From positions 11,932,550 to 11,996,549 of the forward strand of contig NC_090404.1 in NCBI RefSeq assembly GCF_036365525.1: a stretch of DNA of 64,000 bases, given 5' to 3'. Below the pieces are notes generated by a model, which made no database searches, was not told the DNA's origin, and was given only the letters and a program-made list of their open reading frames with translations. This DNA comes from Heterodontus francisci (taxonomy: Eukaryota). Position numbers and translations under genes: made by a program. Shown here in pieces: positions 11,576-24,155 of the stretch. Numbering within the stretch: the first letter of the stretch is position 1; every line of letters starts with the position of its first letter.

Positions 11576-13329
11576 AATCCCACCTTCCAGCATTTGGTCT
11601 GTAGCCCTGCAGATTACGGCACTTGAGGTGCATATCCAGACTCCTTTTGAACGAGTTGTGGGTTTCTGCCTCAACTACACTTTCAGGCAGTGAGTTCCAG
11701 ACCCCTAACACCCTCTGGGTGAAAATGTTTATCATTGTCTCCCCTCTAATTTTTCGACCAATCACTTTAAATTTATGCCCCTTGTCACTAACCTCTCTGC
11801 TATGGTGAATAGAGCCTTCATCTCCACTCTATCCAGGCCCCTCAAAATTTTGTACATTTCAATCAGATCTCCCCTCAGCCTTCTCTGTTCCAAGTAGAAC
11901 AACCCCAGTCTATTCAATCTTTCCTCATAGCTGCATTTTTCCAGTCCTGGCAACATCCTCATAAATCTCCTCTGTACACTCTCTAGTGCAATTACATTAA
12001 TTCTGTAATGAGGTGACCAGAACTGCACACAGTATTCAAGTTGTGGCCTAACCAATGTGTTATACAGTTCCAGCATAACCTCCATGTTCTTGTATTCTAT
12101 ACCTTGGCTAATAAAGGAAAGGATTCCATATGTCTTCTTAACCACCTTATTGACCTGTCCTGCTATCTTAAGGATCTGTGGACATTCACTCCAAGGTCCC
12201 CCACTTTCTCTACACTTCCCAGTATTTTCCTATTAATTGTGTATTCCTTTGCTTTGTTTGACCTCCCCAAATGCATCACCTCACACTTCTCCAGGTTGAA
12301 TTCCATTTGCCACTTTCCTGCCCATCTGACCAGATCATCAATATCTTCCTGCAGCCTACAGCTATCCTCCTCACTATCTACCACATGGCCAATTTTTGCA
12401 TCATCTGCAAACTTCTTGATCATGCCCCCTACATTTGCGTCCAAATCGTTAATATATACCACAACAAGCAGGGGGCCTAGTACTGAGCCCTGTGGAATAC
12501 CACTGGAAACAGCCCTCCAGTCACTAAAACACCCGTCAACAATTACCCTTTGTTTCCTGCCACTGAGCCAATTTTGTATCCACCTTGCTGCATTTCCCTG
12601 AATTGCATGGGATTTTTTTTTTTAACTTTGTCAAAAGCCTTGCTAAAATCCATGTAGACCACATCAACTGCACTACCCTCATCTATCATCCTTGTTACTT
12701 CTTCAAAAATTTTGATCAAGTTGGTCAAACAAGATCTTCCCTTACCAAATCCATACTGACTATCCTTGATTAACCTGTGCCTTTCTAAATGACAGTTCAT
12801 CCTGTCTCTCAGAATGGATTCCAATAATTTGCCCATTACTGAGGTTAGACTGACTGGCTGGTAATTATTTGGTCTATCCTTCGCTCCCTTTTTAAAAAGA
12901 GGTACAATGTTAGCAGTACTCCAATTCTCCGGCACCACATCTGTATCCAGTGAGGACTGGGAAATGATGGTCAGACCTTTTGCTATTTACTCTCTTGCTT
13001 CTTTTAACAGCCTGGGGTACATTTAATCTGGCCCTGGTGATTGATCAACTTTCAAGGATGCTAATCACATTAATACTTCCTTTCTCCCTATGTTTATCAC
13101 ATCCAATACTTCACACTCCTCCTCCTTAATTACATTATCTGCATTGTTCCCCTCTTTTGTGAAGACAGACGCAAAGTATTCATTAAGAACCATACCAACA
13201 TCTTCTGCCCCTACACATAAGAGACCAAAAAGGTAACCTACGTGCCCTACACTCTCCTTAGTTATCCTCTTACTCTTAATGTATTGATAGAACATCTTTG
13301 GGTTGATTTTGCTTGCCAATATTCTTTCA

Positions 13330-13475
13330 TGGTGGTAGGGAAATATAGGGACAGGTGGGGATGTTTGGTAGGAATATGGGATTAGTGTAGGATTAGTATA
13401 AATGGGTGGTTGATGGTCGGCACAGACTCGGTGGGCCGAAGGGCCTGTTTCAGTGCTGTATCTCTAATCTAATCT
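13330..13475 (+). mobile_element. HE1-like SINE 3' fragment
   Basis: Near-identical to the 3' half of 11212-11575. Confidence 0.85.
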
Positions 13476-14664
13476 TTGCTTTCCTAATTTTCTTTTTGAT
13501 TTCACCCCTCCACTTTCTATACTCCTCTCGGCTTTCTGTAGTATTGAGTTCTCGGTGTCGGACATAAGCTTTCCTTTTCTGCCTTATCTTACCCTGTAGG
13601 CTCCTTGACATCCCTGGGGCTCTAGATTTAGCCATCTCACCCTTTTTCTTTGTGGGAACATGTTTACTTTGAATCCCTTGAATGCCCCTCACTGTTCTGA
13701 CACTGATTTACCTTCAATTAGCTGTTTCCAGTCCACTTTCGCTAAATCACTCCTCAGCTTAGTAAAATTGGCCTTCCCCAATTGAGAACTCTAACTCCTA
13801 TTCTTTCTCTGTCCTTTTCAATAATTATGTTAAAACTAACTGAATTATGATCACTACCAACAAAATGCTTTCCCACTGCCACTCCTTCCAACTGTCCATC
13901 TTCATTTCCTATAACTAAGTCTAAGACTGCACCATGTCTTGTTGGACTTGCTACATACTGGGAAAAAAAGTTCTCCTGAATCACCTCAAGAATTCTGTTT
14001 CCTCAATTCCTTTCACACTAAAACTATCCCAGTTAATATCGGGGTAGTTAAAATCCTCTATTATTACTGCCCTATTGTTCTTGTACTTCTCAGAGATTTG
14101 CCTACATATCACTCTTCTATCTCCCTCTGCCTGTTTGGGGGCTATAGTGCACTCCCAGCAGTGTGATTGCCCCTTTTTTTGTTCCTCAGCTCAATCCATA
14201 GGGCCTCATTTTGGGAATATGAGGAAACAATGCACAAACAATTGAAGGGCTGGCTTAAAGGTATAACTGGGCAGACGGGATGTCACCTTTAGAAAAAGGT
14301 GAGTCCCTGGTTTCAATAAATGAACTGGCAAAAGGGTTAGGACAGTTTAGAGATAAGATTAATACTGTCAACATTCAGAACAACACAGACTATAAAGGAA
14401 CAATGATCTCAAAGACAATTATTTGCAGCATGTATGGAGGGGTTCAAAGGGATTAAATGATATTCTTCTTTGGCCTCCTTATCTTGAGAGACAATGGGTA
14501 AGTGCCTGGAGGTGGTCAGTGGTGTGTGGAGCAGCGCCTGGAGTGGCTATAAAGGCCAATTCTAGAGTGACAGTCTCTTCCACAGGTGCAGAAGGTGTTA
14601 GTTTCGGCAGGCATCAAGATCGGTGCAGGCTTGGAGGGCCGAATGGCCTGTTCCTGTGCTGTTC

Positions 14665-16810
14665 TTTGTTCCACATTCAAAGGCCGATGATATTCAGGTC
14701 TTGATGAATCGAGTGACTTTGTCAGATCTTGATGTGATGTTTAGTTTTACAAAGATACTCCTGACGTGCGCAGCTGGGTGCGTTCTGATGACATGTGCAG
14801 AAAGGTCTCTGCTGTCAGTAAGGTGCTGTGCATACGCAGCCTAAATTCTTGCCAGGACTAATTTGCGCTTGTGCGCGAAAATGTCATCGTGTACTGGATC
14901 GTCGCCTTCTTCCCCAGCGCTGCCTCCCGCGTCCATCTGATCGCCGCTTGCTCATGGCCTCGCTTATGCCTTCGCTCAACCAAAAGCTCCCCGCTTCAAA
15001 CCCCCTCCCTTCCGCTCCACCTCCCTGCTCCCTCCCACTTCCCCCCCAGCTGCCTCCAATTCCCCCCACTCCCTCCCCTTCCTCAGTCTCTCACTCGCAG
15101 TCTCCTTCCCCTCCCCTGCCTAACAATATCTTGTTGGGGATGGAGTCAGATCGCAGCGATTTGATTTTTTACATTTTATTTGTGATAAATTGAGCAGCGC
15201 CATCTTTAATCCTGGCCGCTGCCTAAAACGTCTCAGACTGATTGCGTGCATGAGGCTGCATTTGACCGAGTATGGCATCAAGGAGCCCTAGCAAAATTGG
15301 AGTCAATGAGAATCGGGGAAAACACTCTGCTGGTTGGAGTCATACCTAGCGCAAAGTAAGATGGTTGTGGTTGTTGGAGATCAATCATCTGAGCTCCAGG
15401 ATATCACTGTAGGAGTTCCTCAGGGTAGTGTCCTAGGCCCAACCATCTTCAGCTGCTTCATCAATGACCTTCCTTCAATCATAAGGTCAGAAGTGGGCTT
15501 GTTCACTCATGATTGCACAATGTTCAGCAGCATTCGTGACTCCTCAAATACTGAAGCAGTCTGTGTAGAAATGCAGCAAGACCTGGACAATATCCAGGCT
15601 TGGGCTGATAAGTGACAAGTAACATTTGCGCCACACAAGTGCCAGGCAATGACCATCTCCAACAAGAGAGAATCTAACCATCTCCCCTTGACATTCAATG
15701 GCATTACCATCGCTGAATCCCCTACTATCAACATCCTAGGGGCTACCATTGACCAGAAACTGAACTGGAGTAGCCATATAAATACCGTGGCTACAAGAGC
15801 AGGTCAGAGGCTAGGAATCCTGCAGTGAGTAACTCACCTCCTGACTCCCCAAAGCCTGTCCACCATCTACAAGGCACAAGTCAGGAGTGTGATGGAATAC
15901 TCTCCACTTGCCTGGATGGGTGCAGCTCCAACAACACTCAAGAAGCTCGACACCATCCAGAACAAAGCAGCCCGCTTGATTGGCACACCATCCACAAACA
16001 TTCACTCCCTCCACCACCGATGCACAGTGGCAGCAGTGTGTACCATCTACAAGATGCACTGCAGCAACGCACCAAGGCTCCTTAGACAGCACCTTCCAAA
16101 CCCGCAACCTCTACCACCTCGAAGGACAAGAGCAGCAGATGCATGGGAACACCACCACCTGCAAGTTCCGTTCCAAATCACACACCATCCTGACTTGGAA
16201 CTATATCGCCGTTCCTTCACTGCGGCTGGGTCAAAATCCTGGAACTCCCTTCCTAACAGCACTGTGGGTGTACCTACCTCACATGGACTGTAGCAGTTCA
16301 AGAAGGCAGCTCATCACCACCTTCTCAAGGGCAATTAGGGATGGGCAATAAATGCTGGCCTGGCCAGTGATGCCCACATCCCATGAATGAATAAAAAAAG
16401 ATATTGCACCACCTAGTGGTTGCATTATCAGTAAACGCAGCCTGAGTTTTAGTTTCCTGTCTGTAAATCCTGCACTTCGAATATCCTGTTAAAAGAGTTT
16501 ACAAAAGTCAGCATTATAAGTACTGGAAATAAGAAATTCAGAACAGACAATTCTAGTTGCGATGGAATGTTACATCCCACAAAGCTATAAATCACCATCC
16601 CACACACTCTCCCTCTTCCCTGTGCTGAAATCCAAACCCATCGCAGAAAACTATTTTCCACAACTCCCAGTTTTCTGAATGAAAGAACTCTGGTTGCAGT
16701 TCTACAGTAACTGCTTCCCCTCTCTGCCCTGAAGGCATTGAGTCTGGTATCAGTTCCACATGAACTGGTTCCCCACCCCCAGCCTCTCCTTCCCTGAATA
16801 TGCTGAATCT
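14665..16810 (-). pseudogene. ZNF cassette remnant (intron + exon-2 5' part, no finger array) split by a 1.7-kb insertion
   Basis: 16451-16810 and 14665-14748 join into the same exon as 18849-18938; AGTTTT duplicated at 14743-14748 and 16445-16450. Confidence 0.8.
15255..16398 (+). mobile_element. CR1/L2-group LINE 3' RT fragment (second family)
   Basis: GVPQGSVLGPTIFSCFINDLP, MMEYSPLAW; 3' end CCACATCCCATGAATGAATAAAAAA. Confidence 0.9.
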
Positions 16811-17682
16811 GCCTGGGTTCAGTTCTGCGTTCATAGAATCATAGAATGATTACAGAACAGAACGAGGCCATTCGGCCTGTTGTGTCCATGCCAGTTCTCT
16901 GAAAGAGCTTCTAAATTAGCCCAATTCCCTGCCTTTTCCAGCTAGCCCTGCAAATATTTTCTCTTTAGATAATTATCCAATTTCCTTTTTAAAGCCACAA
17001 GTGAATCAGCCACCATCACACTCTGAAGCAATGCATTCCAGATCCTAACTACTCGCTGTGTAAAAACAGATTTTCCTCATGTCAGCATTGGTTCTTTTGA
17101 TGCTGAGTATAGCATTTTAATTTAAGTTTTGCTAATTATCCTGTTTTAATAAAGTTATTTGTTTAAAATACACATAAAAGGGGACTGGGGAATAAAGGCC
17201 TTCCTTGATAAAATAAAGTTTAAACAAAAAAAAAGGGTTAGATACAGAGTCTACACTGTCCTATCAAACACTCCCAGGGCAGGTACAGCACAGGTTAGAC
17301 ACAGAGAACATGAGAAATAGGAGCTGGACTTGGCCATTTGGGGTAAAGCTCCCCTTAAACCTCATTGGCTGAGAAGCGTTTTGAGATGTTCTGATGTCAT
17401 GAAAGGAGCAACAAAAATGCAAATCTTTCTTCAACAGAGGAGGAAAGGCCTAAAACTGGAACAGTCGACAGCAGGATTTCAATTAGTCTCCTCTTATCCT
17501 GGAGAAAACAAATACTCGACGCACAGTGTGTTGGAAACAAAACTGGTTTATTCAATATTTATCCAGCCAAGTTATAGGGTTATTAACATCAGCAGAAACA
17601 TACCCCCAACTGTCAGAATGAACATGGTTTTGTCCTGGATGTGATTAACAGCAGCAATAACAGCAGAATCCAATCCCTACAG

Positions 17683-18561
17683 TCACTCGTGAACTCGCTG
17701 GTGTTTCAGCAGGTTTGATAACTGAGTGAATCCCTTCCCACAGTCAGAGCAAGTGAACGGCCTCTCCCCGGTGTGAACTCGCTGGTGTCTCAGCAGGGTG
17801 GATGGATGAGTGAATCCCCTCCCACAGTCAGAGCAGGTAAACGGCCTCTCTCCGGTGTGAGTGTGTTGGTGTGTCAGCAGGCTCGATGACCGAGTGAATC
17901 CCTTCCCACACAAAGAACAGGTGAATGGCCTATCCCCAGTGTGAGTGCGTTGGTGTCTCAGCAGCTCATTTCTGCTTTTAAAGTTCTTCTCACAGTCAGA
18001 ACATTTAAAAGGTCTCTGATCAGTGTGAACACGCTGGTGTCTCAGTAGCTCAGATGACTGAGTAAATCTTTTCCCACACACGGAGCAGGTGAATGGCCTC
18101 TCTCCAGTGTGAACTCGCTGGTGTGTAAGCATGTTTGATGAATTAGTGAATCCCTTTCCACAGTCAGAGCAGGTAAACGGCCTCTCTCCAGTGTGAGTGT
18201 GTTGGTGTGTCAGCAGGCTCGATGACCGAGTGAATCCCTTCCCACACACAGAGCAGGTGAACGGCCTCTCCCCAGTGTGAACTCGCTGGTGTGTCAGCAG
18301 GGTGGATGACTGGGTGAATCCCTTCCCACACATGGAGCACAGGAATGGCCTCTCCCCAGTGTGAACTCGCTCGTGTATCAGTCGTTCCTTTTTGCTTTTA
18401 AATATCTTCTCACAGTCAGAACATTGAAAAGGTCTCTGATCGGAGTGAACAAGTTGCTGTCTCGGAAGGTTGGAAGACCGAGTGAATGCCTGCCCGCACA
18501 CCGGGGAGGAGATGAACGACCCCTCCCCAGTGTGACTGAGCTGATGTGTTTCCAGCTGCAT
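17683..18561 (-). CDS. C2H2 zinc-finger array (ZNF-B), 9 intact fingers plus degenerate N-terminal fingers
   Basis: 292-aa ORF with TGERPF linkers; the open frame extends upstream to TGA 18649-18651; intact acceptor AG at 18939-18940. Confidence 0.88.
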   Translation of the reverse strand: MQLETHQLSHTGEGSFISSPVCGQAFTRSSNLPRQQLVHSDQRPFQCSDCEKIFKSKKERLIHERVHTGERPFLCSMCGKGFTQSSTLLTHQRVHTGERPFTCSVCGKGFTRSSSLLTHQHTHTGERPFTCSDCGKGFTNSSNMLTHQRVHTGERPFTCSVCGKRFTQSSELLRHQRVHTDQRPFKCSDCEKNFKSRNELLRHQRTHTGDRPFTCSLCGKGFTRSSSLLTHQHTHTGERPFTCSDCGRGFTHPSTLLRHQRVHTGERPFTCSDCGKGFTQLSNLLKHQRVHE

Positions 18562-19319
18562 CGGGGAACTGAATCCCTTCCCGCAGTCCCCGCATTTCCA
18601 CAGTTTCTCTGTGGTGCGGGTATCCTTGTATCTCTCCAGCTTGGACGCTCAGTTGAAGCCTCGTCAACACAGTACTGCTTCTCCCTGTTGTGAATGGTGT
18701 GATGCTTTTTCAGGCTGCGTAACTGGTTAAAGCTCTTCCCACTTGGGTGTGTGTATCTCAGTGCTTTTCCAGTCACACTGATGTTTGAAATATTTTCCCA
18801 CAGACAGAACAGACAAACATTTTTCCTTCCACATTCAAAGGATGATATTCAGGTCCTGATGAATCGCGTGACTCTGTCAGATCTTGATGTGCTGTTTGGT
18901 TTTTGTTTCTTGTCTTTAAATCCTTCCCTTCTAATACTCTGTAAAAGGAGTTTACAAAAGCCATCAGTGTCAGTCCAAAATAGAAATTCCCAACATTCTC
19001 TCCTCCTGCTTCCTGGCCCAGGATGGCCGCGCAGGCGCCCTGCTGCACACTGCCCACTATAAAGATGGCGGCTGTTAACCTGAGCCTGTCACTGGGAGAA
19101 GCCCGTTGCTGCCGTCCTGCTCGGTGCAAACGCAGGACCAGTAGATTCTTAGTCAGGGTTTGAGGCCACACTGGGTGTTTGTAAATTGAATAATATTCCG
19201 TGTTTTATCATGGGCACCTGGGGCTGCACATGGTGTGTGTGAAGCCCGCATTATCCCAGAGTTTATTAACCCGCTCCCTCTGGCCTCCTCCTTCCTGTTT
19301 CATTCCATTTCCTGCACTT

Positions 19320-19675
19320 TTGTTTGCACTCCTTCCCCATTTCCCAGAAGCACAATAGAGTTCCCTTCATTCTCACCTTCCATCCCACCAGCTTTCACAT
19401 TCAACACATCATCCTCCATCATTTCCCCCACCTCCAGCGTGATGCCACCAACAAACACATCTTCCCCTCACCTTTCAGCATTCCGGTGGGACCATTCCCT
19501 CTTCAACACCTTGGTCCAAACCTCTATCACATCCAACACCAATTTCTCTTCCCGTGCAAGCACAGGAGAATGCAATAACCGCCCTTTTAGCTCCTCCCTT
19601 CTTACTGTCCAAGGCCACAGTCACTCCTTCCAGGAGAAACAGTGATTTACTTGTACTTATTTCAATTTAGTATAT
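19320..19675 (+). mobile_element. Penelope-like fragment in the ZNF-B intron
   Basis: RVPFILTFHPTSFHIQHIILHHFPHLQRDATNKHIFPSP; homologous fragment in the ZNF-C intron at ~26990-27250. Confidence 0.75.
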
Positions 19676-19689
19676 TCTGAGGGGCAGGA

Positions 19690-21375
19690 TTAATCTCCTC
19701 TTGGAGAGGCAGGGATTAATCAAGGATAGTCAGCATGGCTTTGTCAGGGGGAGATCATGTCTAACAAACTTGATTGAATTTTTCGAGGAGGTGACTAGGT
19801 GTGTACATCTACTGCTTTACCCTCATCTAATCAACATGGACTTCAGTAAGGCTTTTGATAAGGTCCCGCATGGGAGATTGGTTAAGAAGGTAAGAGCCCA
19901 TGGGATCCAGGGTAATTTGGCAAATTGGATCCAAAATTGGCTTCGTGGCAGGAGACAGAGTGATGGTCGAGGGTTGTTTTTGCGATTGGAAGCCTATGAC
20001 CAGTGGTGTACCACAGGGATTGGTGCTGGGACCTTGCTGTTTGTAGTATACATTAATGACTTAGACGTGAATATAGGAGGTATGATCAGTAAGTTTGCAG
20101 TTGACATGAAAATTGGTGGTGTCGTAAATTCTTTTTTTCTTTTTGGGCCTCCTTATCTCGAGAGACAATGGATACGCGCCTGGAGGTGGTCAGTGGTTTG
20201 TCGTAAATAATGAGGAGGAAAGCCTTAGGTTACAGGAGGATACAGATGGGCTGGTAAGATGGGCAGATCAGTGGCAAATGGAATTTAATCCTGGGAAGTA
20301 TGAGGTGATGCATTTTGGGAGGACTAACAAGGCAAGGGAATATACACTGGGTGGTAGGACTGTGGCCTAGTGGTTAGCACCGCAGCCTCACAGCTCCAGT
20401 GACCCGGGTTCAGTTTTGGGCACTGCCTGTGCAGAGTTTGCAAGTTCTCCCTGTGACTGCGTGGGTTACTGCTGGGTGCTCCGGTTTCCTCCCACAGCCA
20501 AAGACTTGCAGGTTGATAGGTACGTTGGCCATTGTAAATAGGTAGGTGGCAGGGGAATGGTGGAGATGTGGTAGGGAATATGGGATTAATGTAGGATTAG
20601 TATAAATGGGTGGTTGTTGGTCGGCACAGACTCGGTGGGCCGAAGGGCCTGTTTCAGTGCTGTATCTCTCTATGACCCTAGGAAGTACAGAGGAACCTTG
20701 GTGTACTTGTCCATAGATCACTGAAGGCAGCAGCATAGGTAGATAAGGTGGTTAGGAAGGCCTATGGGATACTTGCCTTTATCAGCTGAGGCATAGAATA
20801 TAAAAGCAGGGAGGTTATGGCGGAGCTATATAAAATGCTAGTTAGGCCACAGCTGGAATACTGTACAGTTCTGGTTGCCACAATATAGGAAGGATGTGAT
20901 TGTACTGGAGAGGGTGCAGAGGAGATTCACCAGGATGGCTGGAGCATTTCAGCTATGAAGAGAGACTGGATAGGCTAGGTTTGTTTTCCTCAGAGCAGAG
21001 AATGCTGAGGGGGAACCTGATTGAGGTATACAAAATTATGAGGGGTGTAGATAGGAAGAAACCTTTTCCCTCAGAGGAGGCATCAATAACCAGGGGGCAT
21101 AGATTTAAGGTAAGGGGCAGGAGGTTTAGAGGGGATTTGAGGAAAAACTTTTTCACCCAGTGGGTGTTTGGAATCTGGAACACACTGCCTGAAGGGGTGG
21201 TAGAGGCAGAAACCCTCACAACATTTAAGAAGTATTTAGATGAGCACTTGAAATGCCACAGCATACAAAGCAATGGGCCAAGTGCTGGAAAATGGCATTA
21301 GAATAGATAGGTGCTTGATGGCCAGCATGGATATGATGGGCTGAAGGGCCTGTTTCTGTGCTGTATAACTCTATG
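19690..21375 (+). mobile_element. CR1-type LINE RT/3' part with nested RTE piece (20130-20198) and SINE
   Basis: [46 protein letters not shown] motifs. Confidence 0.9.
20368..20672 (+). mobile_element. HE1-like SINE
   Basis: Similar to 11212-11575. Confidence 0.85.
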
Positions 21376-21379
21376 ACTA

Positions 21380-21860
21380 TAACAGTATCTATCCCCCTAA
21401 CTATACAGTCCCCTACTACTTCATTCCATTTTATTCCCCCTATTTGAATGGCCCACTGCACCACAGTGCTGTGGTCAGTTTGCTCATCCTCCCTGCACTC
21501 CCTGCTCTCATCCATACAAGCTGCAAGAACCTCAAACCTGTTGGACAATTGCAGGGACTGAGGCTTCTCTGGTGCTACCTTCTGGATCCCCATACCTACC
21601 TCACTCACAGTCACACCCTCCTGTCCCTGACCATGGACCAAATCTGAAGCACCTAGCCGAAGGGGCAAAGTGTCCAGGTGACTTTCCCCCTCCCTGATGC
21701 ATCGCAGTGTCTGAATGTTGGACTCCAGGTTATCAACTCTGAGCCAAAGTTTCTCGAGCTGCAGACACTTACTGCAGATGTGGTTGCAGTGAATCACACT
21801 AGTATTCACCAGCTCCCACATGCTATAGCTGCAACACATCTCCTGCTCTGCCAGGTCTAC
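21380..21860 (-). mobile_element. CR1 ORF1 fragment
   Basis: HICSKCLQLEKLWLRV...LQLSNRFEVL...VVGDCIVRGID. Confidence 0.75.
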
Positions 21861-23249
21861 TGCGTTTTATTTAACTAATTAGGTTTCAAGTTTAGAAATA
21901 TCATGAATAATTTGTAGTTATATTTAGTCATTTATCTATTTAACCTACAATCTCTCCAGTACCAGTTTAAACTACTGACCCAGTTTAGAAAGGAAAAAAA
22001 TTAAAATTCACCAACCAAACACCTGCCTGCTCCCTAATTAACGCCTCTGGGCTTCAGCTCTCACTGTCTCAGACTTCCTCTCTTGGATCACTGCTTGTTC
22101 TGTAAAAGATCAGAACAGCACCTCCTCCCTCACTGCACCAAATTCCCACACTTAGCAAATTCCAGAGTTCAATTCTTTGTCTCGCAGTCGAGCTTATTTT
22201 GTGCGTTTGCAAAACCTCCTGTATTTCTACTAGCTAGGATTCCAGAGACGCAAGTCAGGCCCTGCTGACGAGGGAGCCAGTTCTAACTAGCTACCTAAGT
22301 AACTAACTGTGCAGCTGACACTAGCGGGCAGCTTGTTTAACATTGACTAAGACAGATAGAAGCTACAATTTAATGTTAAAGTTAAATGCTCAATGCAAAC
22401 TTGACTAGATTTTAGAAAGAGATCAACCCTTGAAAATTTCCACACTTACCAAATTAAGCACTCTGTCGTGGTTCTGTTACAATAATCCAGAGGCTGTGAG
22501 TTCGAATCCTGCCATGGCAGTTTGAGAATTGGAAGTCAAAACCTGGAAATAAAAAAGCTGGTTGTCAGTAGTAGGGACCATGAAGCTGCTGGATTTTCTA
22601 AGGACATTCATTTATATAGCACCTTTTCTGACCTCAGGGCGTTCCAAAGCACATTTCTGCCAATTAAGCACCTTGAAAATGTGTACTCACTCTTGTAATG
22701 TGGGCAGCCCAAGCTGCACACAGCAAGATCCCATAAACAGCAAAGGGATAAAGGACCAGATAGTCTGCTTTTTCGCAACTGGCATAAAATTGGTTTGTTA
22801 ATGCCCCTCGAGTGACGGCAACCTGCCGTCCTTACCCGGTCAGGGCCTGGAAATGTGACTGAAGTCTTACACTAACATGGTTGACTATTAACTGCCCCTG
22901 AAGTGGCCGAACGAGCCACTCGGTCATATGAAACCGGTTCAATTAGGCGGCCGCCCACCACCAGCACCTTCTCAAGGGGTGACTAGGGACAGGGTAATAA
23001 ATACCAGCTTTGCCAGCGATGCCCACATCCCAAGAATGAATTAGTAAAAACTTGCAGCCAGTCCTTTCCTCAAAGGGACTGGTGGAACATCTGAAGCCCA
23101 CCCACTGGAGACACCAAAACCCATCCAAGCTCAGTAATTATCAACCAGGTTTTGTCGCACCCATTGCCTCCCCCTCAAAGGCTGTGACATTAAAGTCCCC
23201 GTGTTTCAGTGTTTTGGGTGACCCCAGTCAGAGTGGTGTCCTCCCCAGG

Positions 23250-23580
23250 AGAGAGGCCAGCCCGGGGCCTACCTGCTACCGCCTCCCACTCGAGCCCCAG
23301 GCTCTCTCCGCGGCCTTGCTCCTGGCCGCTCACCTGCTGCTGCTCAGCTCGAGCTCGATGGCCCACCTGTGCCGACGCGCGCCGTTACCAAGCCCCGCCC
23401 CCGCAGCCATGGCAACGCCGTTGACCGTTAACCGTTTCCCGCTCAAATCTCTCAGAAAATCCTCCGCGCGCCTCCGACAACGGCCACGCGCAGTTCGCGC
23501 ACGCGCACGAGCTGCGGTCGGACTGAAATTTCAGACGGTCTCGGGGTTTTGCAAACTCCGCCCCACAGTCGCCATGTTTG
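23250..23580. promoter_or_regulatory. CpG island / bidirectional promoter between EMC4 exon 1 (-) and a ZNF exon-1 module (+)
   Basis: Dense CpG, GC boxes (CCCCGCCC, CTCCGCCC), TTTCCCGC (E2F-like), CCATGGCAAC (RFX half site), GCGCACGCGCA (NRF1-like). Confidence 0.7.
23334..23410 (-). CDS. EMC4: EMC4 (ER membrane protein complex subunit 4) first coding exon; downstream exons not found in the window
   Basis: GCC-ATG-G Kozak, MAAGAGLGNGARRHRWAIELELSSSR, phase-2 donor AG|GTGAGC. Resembles the vertebrate EMC4 N-terminus (recalled human [29 protein letters not shown]). Confidence 0.75.
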
Positions 23581-23859
23581 TTTTGGGCAAACCTGCTCCA
23601 ACGCCATTAAGCCAAGTAAAATGAAGCTCCTCTGACCTATACAAAGATGGACGCCTCTCCCTATTTGGACAATTGACAATATTGCAATATTTGTAAAAAA
23701 AATTATTTGTCTTTTGCAAGCCGGGATGGACTTCATTTTCAGTTCTTCTTGGGGTAAATATTATGTAGGTATATTTTAATCTCAATGTTAGTTTACTTTG
23801 CACCGCTTTGTCTCCCCTTACAAAGATGGCCTTTATGTCTGAGCCTGCTCTAGTGCCAT

Positions 23860-24030
23860 TAATGGCGGAACTATTACCCAACATTTCACACGAAAGTGAA
23901 TGTGCCCTTCTCACACTTCAGGAGGCCAGCGCGCATGCGCGGTGCTGGCCTGCATCTGGAGCATGCGTAGTGTCACTTTGATCTGAGCTGCACGAGTTCT
24001 GGAGACGCTTTTGCAACGGGTGAGAATGCA
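23860..24030 (+). promoter_or_regulatory. ZNF cassette promoter/exon 1, truncated copy
   Basis: GCGCGCATGCGCG; ATG 23963 MRSVTLI*AARVLETLLQR; donor GTGAGA at 24020. Confidence 0.7.
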
Positions 24031-24155
24031 GCCGGTGTCTGTTGACAGAGCAAGCAACCGGAAGCTCGGAGTCATGCATTTGGACTGAGCGGAGGTCGTC
24101 CGCAAAGCGGTCATCAAATCTGCGTTTGGTCTCCCCAATGTTGAGGAGATCACAT

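Larger units (their letters stand above)
11160..14215 (-). mobile_element. Degenerate 5'-truncated CR1-type LINE carrying two SINE insertions
   Basis: ORF pieces 11574-13984 with APE C-terminal (SDH) and RT ([21 protein letters not shown]) motifs. Confidence 0.9.
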
